Positions 13,817 through 26,905 of a stretch of 64,000 nt of DNA are shown in pieces. The stretch comes from Octopus sinensis. Lineage: Eukaryota. The stretch covers positions 113,026,001 to 113,090,000 of the forward strand of contig NC_043002.1 in assembly GCF_006345805.1 (NCBI RefSeq), read 5' to 3'. How positions within the stretch are numbered: position 1 is the first letter of the stretch; the number at the start of each line of letters is the position of its first letter. The position numbers were made by a program, and so were the translations under genes. The notes below the pieces were generated by a model. That model made no database searches, was not told the DNA's origin, and saw only the letters and a list, made by a program, of their open reading frames with translations.

Positions 13817-14931
13817 CTAAAACAAACAAAGAAGAAAAACAATATAAAAGTTTGTTTAATAGATCCAACACAATGCTGAAAAACAATGAACTCCTACATA
13901 AAATGTTTGTGTTTAATCTTAGCTAAAGTGGGATCATTGAGAGGCTGTGAAGGATGTCACCAGGTGTAATATTTGCATTTTAATGCCTGACCCATTTAAA
14001 CCAGCCATATTTGATTCAAGTGTTTTATGTTCAACCCAGCCAGATCAAGCCTCTCATACCTACCTTACAATGTCATTCTAAAAATAAACAGTGACACCAA
14101 ATCAAATCAAATCAAAATCGATGAACATCAATGGAATTTGGCACGTAACAAACACCATCCGATCATGGCCGTGCCAGCCTCGCCTCGCCTCCGTACCGGT
14201 GGCATGTAAAAAACACCATCCGAGTGTGGCCATTCGCCAGCCTCGTCTGGCACCTGTGTCGGTGGCACATAAAAAGCACCCACTACACTCACGGAGTGGT
14301 TGGCATTAGGAAGGGCATCCAGCTGTAGAAACACTGCCAGGTCAGACTGGGCCTGGTGCAGCCTTCTGGCTTCCCAGACCCCAGTTGAACCGTCCAACCC
14401 AAAATAGCATGGAAAGCGGACGTTAAACGATGATGATAATGATGATGATGATGATGATATATATATAAAAAAACATTTAAGTGTAAGACTTACAAAGGAG
14501 GTCACGGTTCTTCTTTGTAACAGAGACAGCTAATTTACTTGCTCGCTCTTGCAATTCAATAGCCCGTTTCTTTATAGTAAATGTAGCATTGTACTTCATT
14601 TTCAGGGTGTCTGATGTACGATTGTACTTATTCCCCAGTGTAGTGGCAAGCTAGAGTTAAGAAAACAAGACAAACATTTAAAGAAAATTTTTTTCATTTT
14701 GTAAATTTTATTCAGAAATAAATCAGAAACATCTCTAAATATATTTAGAATCAACATATATTGATAGGCGCAGGAGTGGCTGTGTGGTAAGTAGCTTGCT
14801 AACCAACCACATGGTTCCGGGTTCAGTCCCACTGTATGGCATCTTGGGCAAGTGTCTTCTGCTATAGCCCCGGGCCAACCAATGCCTTGTGAGTGGATTT
14901 GGTAGACGGAAACTGAAAGAAGCCCGTCGTA

Positions 14932-15013
<82 letters not shown>

Positions 15014-18000
15014 GTGTGTGTGTGTGTTTGTGTGTCTGTGTTTGTTCCCCTAGCCTTGCTGGTGTGTTTATGTCCCCGTCACTTAGCGGTTCGGCAAAAA
15101 GAGACCGATAGATAAGTACTGGGCTTACAAAGAATAAGTCCCGGGGTCGAGTTGCTCGACTAAAAAGGTGGTGCTCCAGCATGGCCGCAGTCAAATGACT
15201 GAAACAAGTAAAAGAAAAAAAAAATATGAAAACAGGTTTTTTGTAGATTCTATTTCTGCAATATGAGGGCACATGAGGGTTAGAGTATTGCACTCGTGGT
15301 TCAATTCCTAGACCAGGTGGTACATTGTGTTCTTAAGCAAAACACTTCATCTCGGGGGGTTGCTCTGTGATTACTTCGACACCTAATGCATGGCACACCA
15401 GGCACCTGTTTAAGCAATGTCGATTTGAAGGAATGAGCTGAGCTGATGTACAATACGTACATTTGATCACTATAAACAGATCCTTTGTGCAGGTTGTTTG
15501 GCAAAAAACTGAACACTCTTACATCATCTTTGATGGAAGAATTTACCACTCCTGCACTATTGCTATAAAATTGCCAAGAGCAAAAGGGAATGGGATTAAT
15601 TGCAAACAAAGAGAGATATGGTGCCCCAGCATGGCCACAGCTCGTGAGCTGAAACTAGATAAAATAAAAAAAAAAAAATATTTCTTTCTGGTTGTTTTTA
15701 AATAAAGTGAAAATAATTATTTTTAATTATCTTTAAAGTGAATATAATTTTAACTTCAAATATAATATAATAGATTAATATTAAATGCAAACGTGGAAAA
15801 ATGAAAACTATAATAACATAATAGAAATATTAAAATTACTAAGTCTCTCTAAAGGAGATTACGGCAGCGTTACTGGATATTAATAGCTATCGCCATACTA
15901 ATATGGCAGTCTATAAATTTAGTCTTATATTTATAGACTGCCATATTAGTATGGCGATAACTATTAATATAATAACATAGTTTTTGGCATTTTGCCAGAG
16001 GAATAAAAGAACAACTCAGTTCTAAGGAAAGAACAAAGATAGAAAGCTTTAGATTAATAAAGGTTAAACACAAGGGACCTGATGGGCAAAAACAATAATT
16101 TAAAGGAAGAAAAGATGGGTGGAACCAGACTGTCATTAAAGTTAGCCTAGAACTAGTTAATTCAGAAAAACAGAGACAGTTGTAGTATATTTCTGAAGCA
16201 ACAGAAAACTTAGTTATTTGGGTCAGTTTAACGTTTTGAACATTTGAAATCCTTTTAATATCATCACCACCATACTTACTTTCTCAGCTTTCTTTACAGT
16301 CTCCATAGCTTTCTTGGACATTGTATCAGCACGTTCTTTATTCCTGGTGTTTTGGAAATGTTTATTTTTCAGGTCTTGGAGTGAATTAATAAGGTTTCTG
16401 AGAGTATCTAAAGCTGGCCGAGCCTTGTTCTCAGAGTCTGACATAGACTGCTCAATCTACAAACAAAATATATTATTTTAATATCATTAACGGACGTCAA
16501 ACGATGATGTTAATAATAAATATAATAATGGTTGCTTTTATGTAAGGAGAAATTACAAGCACAAATTGCAAACACTGAGAGTTTATGCAAGATTATGGAA
16601 AAAAAAAGGCATAAAAAAATATAAAATGCTTGAAATGAACTATCCACATATGCAATATCCAATAGGCTGAGCAACTACACTAAAGTACCTTAATTGGCTC
16701 AGAGATATGTTAGTTAATTCTTGGTCTCATTTTACATAAAGACGAAGCTGACAGATGTCCAAAGAAGCAGGCTCACAACAATGACTCTTACACCTAGCTA
16801 CACTACAGTTCTCAAGTCAGTGTTGCAAATCCCTTCTATTTGATAAACATATAGGCTAAAACCCTCTTCATTAACAAAACCGTTTTTGGTGAAAACCGCC
16901 TTTTCTGGCTCTGTAATACAAAGATTCTTTGTTTTCATAAGTATTGATTATAACTTACCAAAACCGCCTTAGATACAAACAATCCGTATGTTCCATCAAT
17001 AGCGTTACATGATGATACTAAGTTTCTATTACTAAATTCTTTGTTATATTTAACCCTTTTGATACCAACCCGGCCAAAACCGCCTCTGGCTCTGTATACA
17101 CAATGTCTTGTTTTCATAAGTATTGAATTATAATCTTCCATCAACCTTAGTCACAATTTATGTTCCTAACACTAGCTTAATGATAACTAAGTTCTATTAC
17201 TAAATTCTTTGTTATTTTACCCTTTTGATACCAACCCGGCTGAAACCGCCTCTGGCTCTGTAATACAAATGTCTTGTTTTCATAAGTATTGAATTATAAT
17301 CTTCCATCAAACCTTAGTCACAAGTTATGTTCTTAACACTAGCTTAATGATAACTAAGTTCTATTACTAAATTCTTTGTTATATTTAACCCTTTTGATAC
17401 CAACCCGGCCAAAACCGCCTCTGGCTCTGTAGTACAAATGTCTTGTTTTCATAAGTATTGAATTATAATCTTCCATCAAACCTTAGTCACAAGTTATGTT
17501 CTTAACACTAGCTTAATGATAACTAAGTTCTATTACTAAATTCTTTGTTATATTTAACCCTTTTGATACCAACCCGGCCAAAACCGCCTCTGGCTCTGTA
17601 GTACAAATGTCTTGTTTTCATAAGTATTGAATTATAATCTTCCATCAAACCTTAGTCACAAGTTATGTTCTTAACACTAGCTTAATGATAACGAAGTTCT
17701 ATTACTAAATTCTTTGTTATATTTAAAAGTAATTGAAAGAAATACAGAGCATCTCAAAATAAATACAGTAACAAAAGGGTTCATCTTAGAATACAGCTAA
17801 TCCATTTGCTTCCAATATATCCAGGAGATATATTCACAAAAAGGAAATCACCAAACATCAATTTCCCAGTTGCTCATGAAAACAGAAACAAGACAAGGAA
17901 ATGTTAATGCAACACAAATGCATAAAAAGCATGAGTGAAGTTGTCTGCCTGTTGGTAGGACAGCATCACTAGGCCTGGCCTCGGGCTTCCGAGATGAAAC

Positions 18001-21000
18001 TGAGTTCTACCTTTGTAGTAGCAGGAAAAACATCTTGCTGTAAAAGCTCTTCCTCTATCAACAAAGGAAACCATACTGTCTATCAAAGCATTAAAAATAA
18101 CTGTAAATCAAACAACACACACACACACACACACACAAATGTCAAAAGATTAACCCTTTAGTGTTTAAACCGGCCATATCTGGCCAAAATATTCTACCTA
18201 TTTTATGTTCAAACTAGTCAGATATGGTCATTCATAGCTACCTTATTGTGCCATTTTAAAAATAAACAATCACATCATTGAAATCTTAAAGCCATGAAAT
18301 GATGCAAGATTAATTTTACATGCTGCGAATACATAAGCTTTACATTTTATAGAATAATCTGAATGCTAAAGGGTTAAATGGATTTCTTCCAGGTGCCATC
18401 AAATACTTAACAAAAATAAATTCCTACCTCTTTGATCATCAAGATATATTTCTCTCAAATTTCTTCTTCAATTCAAAAGCATGAAACAAAAAGAGACAAA
18501 AGAAGCAGTTTTCAAACAGGATCTCAGTCTACTCACCATACGTAAGATCTTCCGCAATGCTTTGATATCATCTTCAGCCTTTTCAATAGCTGCATGTGCA
18601 TCAACCTGTGAGGCATTGGCTTCTTTCAAGGCATCCAAGACTTTATTTGCTGTTCCTAAGACATCTTCAGCCCTTGTGCTGAAATGTTAATAAAACCATT
18701 TACACTAAATATTCCTTTTTATTCTGGTAATTTCTCATTGTACTTTCAGTAACATTTTATTAGGTTGTCCCAAAAGTTTGTAAACACTTGCGAAAATTGA
18801 ATTTTTACTCGCTAAGTACTAACAAATACAACAAAAATTATTCCTCAAAATAAAGACCATTATTTTCCAAGACTTTCTACGAACTACTTTTGGGACAACC
18901 TTATAATAATGCTGCTCACTACAATGATGATGATGATCGTCATCATCATCACCATCATTAACGAGAGCATTACCTGTCTTATGATAGGTCACTTTGAACG
19001 TGTACCTTTGACATTAAGTGTAATACGAGGGAATACGGCATACAAACAATAGTTATAATTTAGCTTTTATCAAAGTTCTTGGTGCTTAAACAAAATCATG
19101 AAATGGATACTAATTTTCAAAAGAACAAATTTATTACCTTAAAATAAAATAAAATAAACTAAAACAATATTCAAAGATTCTTTTTAAAAATGGGAGCAAA
19201 ATTACTCTTTGTTGATTCTATATTATAGAAGTTCACACGTAAAACCCACTCTGGATTTCTCTCTCTCTCTCAGACAGAAAAACAGAGTCGAAAAAGCAAA
19301 ACGAAAAGAGAAGATGAAAGAACAACAAAGTGAGTGTGTTAGGTTGAGACTCAGAAAAAATGGAAGTTTTTAATGTCTCAAGCCTACACTCTTCTGCCAT
19401 TACGTTCAGGGTTCAAATTCTGCCAAGATCGACTTTGCTTTTCATCCTTTTGGGGTCGCAACTTAATCCCTTTGTTTGTCCCTTCTGTGTTTAGCCCCAT
19501 GTGGACAATAAAGAAATATATATATATATGACGGGCTTCCTTCAGTTTCCATCTAATAAATCCACTCACAAAGCTTTGGTCAGCCAGAGGCTGTAGTAGA
19601 AGACACTTGCCCAAGGTACCACGCAGTAGAACTGAACCTGTAACCATGTGGTTGAGAAGCAGGTTTCTTACCATACTAGTTATATTATTTTAGTTGTGTA
19701 TGACAACGCAACACAGACTTTTAAAAAAGGCTTTCACTTTGAACAATTAATGAAGGTACATGCATGATTAACAAATACTTTTACCGACAGCATAGTGACA
19801 GGTAACAGCCAGGTAACATACAAAGATAGTAATTCTTGAAGAGATATAGTTTAAGACAGGAGATTATGTATTCTCTTTTGTAATTCAGGCCCAGTCAAGA
19901 ATAAGACTTATGACTAGCAATATTCTAGCAGTAACCATCCCATATTTTTTTTACAGGTATGGTGTTATTGGTTAAAAAAATAATATCAATCAGCTACTTT
20001 TCCATGCTTTCATGGGTCAGACAGAATTTATTGAGATGGGTGTTCTATAGCTAGATGCTTTTTCTGTGACCAGCCCAAGCTTCTTTACAATTATGGTAAT
20101 ATTTCCCTATGACCAAACATGTTTTCACAGAAGTTTGGAGACAAAGGATACCACTTGTATGACAGTGACACTCATTTACAGCTATCACATGAAGCCAAGG
20201 CAAGGAGACAGTATCTTTCTCACACGCACACACTGATGATTTCTTTTGAATGAAACAGTTCTAGTCCTGTAGAAGCTCCTTCTATAAAATAAAAAAATAT
20301 CTATATTATATATATATATATAAGGAGCTTCTTTCATTTTCCATCAACCAAATCCACTCACAAGGCTTTGGTTGGTCCGAGGATATAGTAGAAGACATTT
20401 GCCCAAGGTGCCACGCAGTGGGATTGAACCTGAAACCATTTGGATCAAACTTCTTACCACACAGTAACACTTGCACCTATTGTGTCACACCTACTGATTT
20501 ACAAAGTAGATTAGTACATGTCTTTTGGGATGTCCTTATGTCTCACTATGGATTTGTATCTGAAAAGCTTCTTTGCAAAGCAGAGGACTGAGTAAAGTTG
20601 TTCTTTGTGGGGCAGGGGAGAATTTTTTTTTTACACAATGAGGGATCAGCATTTGCCCATTCAGAATATCATAGATGTTTTCCAGAGGCAAGTCAGACAC
20701 TGACACAGCTTCTTTACCAGTGTCAATGCAAGTGTTGCCATTAGATCACAATGCTCTGGAACAAATACTACACACATCACATTCAATGTTCTAACAATTT
20801 CAATAGCTGCAGGCATGGCTGTGTGGTTAAGAAGGAGGCTTTGCAACCATGTGGTTTCAGGTTCAGTTCCACTGTACAACACCTTAAGCAAATGTCTTCT
20901 TTGCCCCCAGACCAACCAATCCATTGTAATGTGAATTTGACAGATGGAAACTGTGTGAAAGCCCATCATATATATTTCTTTACTACCCACAAGGAGCTAA

Positions 21001-23215
21001 ACACAGAGGGGACAAACAAGGACCGGCAAACAGATTAAGTCGATTACATCGACCCCAGTGCGTAACTGGTACTTAATTTATCGACCCCGAAAGGATGAAA
21101 GGCAAAGTCGACCTCGGAACGTAACGACAGATGAAATACAGCTACGCATTTCGCCCGGCGTGCTAACATTTCTGCCAGCTCGCCGCCTATAATATATCAT
21201 ATATGTGTGTGTGTCTTCAGGTTTGTGTACATCTCTCTCACTATGTGACAACCAGTTTTAGCTTCTTTACATCCCCCTAACTTAACACTCTCGCAAAAGA
21301 GACCAACAAAATAAGTACTAGATTTTAAAAAATTAAGTAAGTCTGAGTGAACCCTTCAAGGTGGTACTACAGCAGTCCAATGAATGAAACAGGTAAAAGA
21401 TAAAAGAATCCCCTGCTCTGGACTAGCACTTTGTTTATTGACAAGCAACGAAGGGCAATGCTAACCTCAGTGGAATTTGAATTCAGAATTCAGGCTGCAG
21501 GAACCAATGTTGCAAAGCACTCTACTTGATGCTCTAACAACTGGGCCAATTTGATCCCTTACCACATATGTATTTTACTGAGCTCCCAGATATTTTGAGT
21601 AAACCTATTTTTTATCTTTTGTTTCAGTCATTAGACTGCAGCCATGCTGGAGCACCGCCTTGGAAGGTTTTGAGTTGAACAAACTACTGCCAGAAGATTG
21701 TTTTTGTATTTTCTTAAAATCAGGTCCTTATTATATCAGTCTCTTTTACTCAACCACTCAGTTAAAGTCACATAAACAAACCAATACCAGTTGGACAACA
21801 CTGGATATGGAGGAACAACCACTTATATACATCATGCAAATATATATATCTTTATATATAAAAGAGAGGTTGTGTGCTGTCTGTCTCCTACGATTTAGAT
21901 TCCTAACTAATCCCACATTTTGTGGTGCAGTTTAACCAAAACCGGGTATCTTATAGTCGTGATTCATATCGAGCCCTTCTGGGTATTAGCGCGCGTCTAC
22001 GATGAGTCTACGATTTAAAAAAAAATTTACCATCAATTTTTCCCATTTTTAATGCACTTTTGGCATATATAAGGGAAGTAACTCTCTAAAAATTCATTAT
22101 TAAATCTCAGAACGTAAAAAGCTACAGTAACCCCCCCTCCTTTGTGGTTAGCCATATTGAGATGGCTATTATACTTTACATCTCTAAAAATGCTTATATA
22201 GTTATTTCCCTTACAAACCCGAGCAACGCCGGGTGATACTGCTAGTATTATATATACTAGACTACCCATGACCTTTTGGGTCACCAGGAAACTCAGTTTC
22301 CCAGCAATAGAGTTTTGCTTCTTGTGTTGTTTTCTTTTCCAGGTTATTTTGCAGCTTTCAACAATGTGACACCGTAATCACGTGTAAACGGCTCCTTTCC
22401 ACCAGAAAAGGAAAGATTTAGCTGCTATTTCTTGCATGCCCTGCTAACATATAACAGGTATGTCGGATCCTTTATTGCAAATAGCTGCTACATAGTATCA
22501 GGGCGTGCTAGAAATAGCAGCCAAATTTTTGGAGTTGAGATAACGTTGAGTGCACTTGCATAAAAGCTTAGGGGGGGAAAAAACTATTTCACACCAAGGG
22601 TACGAAGTTCGTGATTCATATGTATGTACATATTCGTGCATGTAGGTATCCAGATGTGTACATGCGCATGCATGTATATATGCATGTATTCATGTATACA
22701 TGTATGTGAGCATTTACATAGGTGCAGGAGTGGCTGTGTGGTAAGTAGCTTGCTAACCAACCACATGGTCCCGGGTTCAGTCCCACTGCGTGGCATCTTG
22801 GGCAAGTATCTTCTGCTATAGCCCCGGGCCGACCAATGCCTTGTGGGTGGATTTGGTAGACGGAAACTGAAAGAAGCCTGTCGTATATATGTATATATAT
22901 ATATGTATGTGTGTGTGTGTGTTTGTGTGTCTGTGTTTGTCCCCCTAGCATTGCTTGACAACCGATGCTGGTGTGTTTACGTCCCCGTCACTTAGCGATT
23001 CGGCAAAAGAGACCGATAGAATAAGCACTGGGCTTACAAAGAATAAGTCCCGGGGTCGATTTGCTCGACTAAAGGCGGTGCTCCAGCATGGCCGCAGTCA
23101 AAATGACTGAACAAGTTAAAGAGTAAAGAGTATATGTAAGTGTGTAAACGTGTCTGCATGTGTGTATATGTGTATGTATAAGTAAACGTACTGATAAGTG
23201 TGTCTGCCGAAGGTT

Positions 23216-23258
<43 letters not shown>

Positions 23259-26200
23259 CTGTAAAAACCAATCATAATTTCTCATTGTCAAATCAGTCTA
23301 ATCGAAAGATTAGAGTTTCTTCCCTTTAAGGATGAAGTCAAATTCAGAATATTTTCACAATATGCACTGTTTGGGGTATTTATACCCCAAACCCTGAATA
23401 TCTCAATAACTACTGCTCTAATTTAGGCGAAACTTGTTTCATTCCATTCCTGTTAACATTTCAGGGAAAACTTAATTCATAGTATTTTCCCATTATGTGC
23501 CAATTTGCCTGGGTAACATTGCAAGCAAGCAAGATTGAAATTGACTTTTAATTGATTGATTGATTGATTGATTCTAGTTTCAGCTCATGAGCTGTGGCCA
23601 TGCTGGGGCACCGCCATTTGGTGTTGCTACTTGGTTTTACTTCACGAAAGCTTTTTACCAACTGCCATTTGGTGCATGAGAGAGTTCGATGCAGCTGCCC
23701 TCATCTGCACCTCCTGCCGTGAAGTTGGTTCATCTGGGACACCTGACAGGAAGAGATCCAGTTCCATTTTAAAGACATCTGCATCCACCCCATGCAGGTC
23801 TCTCAGGTTCTTCGGGAGGATATTGAAGAGCTGTGGGCCACGGAAGCCCAGGCTATCACAGTATCTTGTCCTACATCTTGATGGCAAATTTGGAGTCCTA
23901 GGCACCACGCAGTGGCGCCCAGTTCTGGCATTTGTGTAACTCTCGATGCCAAAGTTTGGGACACGTCCCTCCAGGATCTTCCAGATGTATATTATGGCAT
24001 ATCTTTCCCGCCTACGCTCCAAGGAATATAGTTTTAATCTCTTGAGTCTTTCCCAGTAGCTTACATTCTGCATAGAGGCTATCTTCTTCGTATAGCTACG
24101 CTGGATCGCCTCGAGCTCTGTGATCAACTTGACACTGGATGGTGACCATAACTGAGAGCAATAGTCAAAGTGGCTTAGGACAAGTGTCCTCCAGAGGACC
24201 ATCATGGTTTCTTGTTTTCTTGTTCTAAAGGTTCTGAGAATCCATCCGGCCAGTCGTCTACATTTCATTGCCAATTTAGCAACATGAACACGAAAGGTTG
24301 CGTCATCACTCATGTAAATACCCAGGTCACGCACTGATTGTGCCTCTGGGATTGCTATTCCTCCGGGTCCAGTGTATTCATTGGGTATTGCATTTAGTTT
24401 TGCATGCTGATAGTATAAAGCTTGAAACTTTTCAGCATTGAACTGCATGCTATTCTTTTCAGCCCACTTGTATATTTCGTCCAGCTCACATTGCAGGTGC
24501 TTAGTGTCTTCAGGGTTCTGTATTGCCTGTGAAACTTTTGTATCATCTGCATAATGTATTACATATTTATATATATATATATATAATGTTAATCCAAACA
24601 AGAAAACACAAAAAAACACAACAACGCGAGGACGTGGAACAAATATAGTATTATTGGACGCTCAGGAAAGAAGGGAAGAAGGAGGGTTTAACGTTTCGAG
24701 CAGAGCTCTTCGTCGGAAACATAGGAGAAGGAAAGATCCAGAGAAGGGAAGACAGAGGAAAAAAAAAAAAAATCGCCAACGGTACACACGAGGTCACATT
24801 TTGAAAGACCGGAATATATATATATACACACACACACACACAAATATACATATACATGATGGGGTCCCACAGTTTTCAGCAGCCAAATTCATTCCCAAGG
24901 AATTGGTCAATCCAGAGCTATAATAGAAGACACTTGCTCAAGGTGCCACAGAATGGACTGAAGCTGAAACCACATGGTTGCAAAGTGACCTCTTTAACCA
25001 TGCCTATGGTTAAAGATATTCCAATTTTGACCAACCAATTGTTTTGTATGTCAAGGACTAAGTTGTCAGGGAAATTTGGCTTATAAGAGGCAAAGTTGAC
25101 CACAATTGTCGAATTCAAAATGGGAAATGCCAGTAAATATTAGAAGACAGTTAATTTAGTCCAGTCTTCCACCTATCATCCTAATAATGGATGCTAGATT
25201 TGAGACAAAAACCATGGACAACAGATATTAAACTCCACCCATCTAACACCCGTGGGCATATTTACAAAGTCAGAAAACAGCACAGCTCCCATGAATTCAG
25301 GAAACATTTTTTCACGCTGAGAGTTGCTGAAGCATGGAACAAACTGCCGGCATTGGTTGTTAGTTGTCGGAGCACTGCATCCTTCAAAACTTCCATGCTT
25401 CCTGAGATTCTCCAACACTACACCTGATTTTCTCCCCTCCATACACACACAAGCATGTATCTGTCTCATATATTGTTCACTTTCCAGACACTTTTACATT
25501 ACTGCATGTACTTTATATGCACTTTCTGACAAGTTGTGGTGCACCTGAGCACTGTATACAATAATTTCATTATTATTATTTAAATGATGATGATGAATGA
25601 AGTAATCTTTCCATCTGACAACACTACATGGTTAGTTTGAAGGATCCTCTCATATGCACAGTGCATAAAAACACAGACATAAACCAGAGCAGACAAGAAT
25701 CAAAACTCCTATATCATGTGATTTCAGTCAACTGGACCTCATCAGTAAGACGGGTCCAATGACTGCACACCAACCAAATTTCACTGCCACAATATGTATA
25801 ACTTTAAATGTAGCATATTCCTTCTCATTATACATTGTCTGTCAACCAAAAATCCTGAAAACTGACAAACAATATTCAAATAAGACTTCATTGAAAATTC
25901 ATCATATATAGGCGCAGGAGTGGCTGTGTGGTAAGTAGCTTGTTTACCAACCACATGGTTCCGGGTTCAGTCCCACTGCGTGGCACCTTGGGCAAGTGTC
26001 TTCTACTATAGCCTTGGGCCGACCAAAGCCTTGTGAGTGGATTTGGTAGACGGAAACTGAAAGAAGTCTGTCGTATATATGTATATATATATATGCGTGA
26101 GTGTGTTTGTGTGTCTGTGTTTGTCCCCCTAGCATTGCTTGACAACCAATGCTGGTGTGTTTATGCCCCCATTACTTAGCGGTTCGGCAAAAGAGACCGA

Positions 26201-26870
26201 TAGAATAAGTACTGGGCTTACAAAGAATAAGTCCCGGGGTCGAGTTACTCGATTAAAGGCGGTGCTCCAGCATGGCCGCAGTCAAATGACTGAAACAAGT
26301 AAAAGAGTAAAAAGAGAGAGTAATTATTATTGTATAACGTCCATGCTGGCATGGATGGTTTGACATGGAGCTGGCCAGCTGGGAGCTGTCCAGACTCCAT
26401 GTGGCAAGGTTTCTATGGCTGGATGTCCTTCCTAACACCAACCACTTAACAGAGTGTGCTGGGTGTATTTATGCAGCACTGATACAGGAGTGGGTACACA
26501 GTACCAGGACAGGTGCTTTTTATGTGGCAACAGCACCTGCAAAGGATAAGTCTGTACAGGTGGAAGACAGCGATTTTACTTAGCTTGACATGTCTTATGA
26601 AGTACAGCAAATCACTACATCTCCTGGTCCCTGGTCACTTCCTCAGTGAAGCCCAAACCCTGTTGTATACTCTTTTCCTCTTTTACTTGTTTCACTCATT
26701 TGACTGCGGCCATGCTGGAGCACCGCATTTAGTCGATCAAATCGACCCCGGGACTTATTCTTTGTAAGCCCAGTACTTATTCTATCGGTCTCTTTTGCCG
26801 AACCGCTAAGTGACGGGGACGTAAACAAACCAGCATCGGTTGTCAAGCAATGCTAGGGGGACAAACACAA

Positions 26871-26905
<35 letters not shown>

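Noticed and set aside
13816-13886. Extension of the last exon up to the ORF-track start at 13886
   Set aside because: The upstream part is intronic polypyrimidine sequence; the acceptor at 13817-13818 fits the phase of exon w14.
20228-20270. CTGATGA...GAAAC as another hammerhead
   Set aside because: No stem I complement and a mismatched base of stem II; probably chance in AT-rich DNA.
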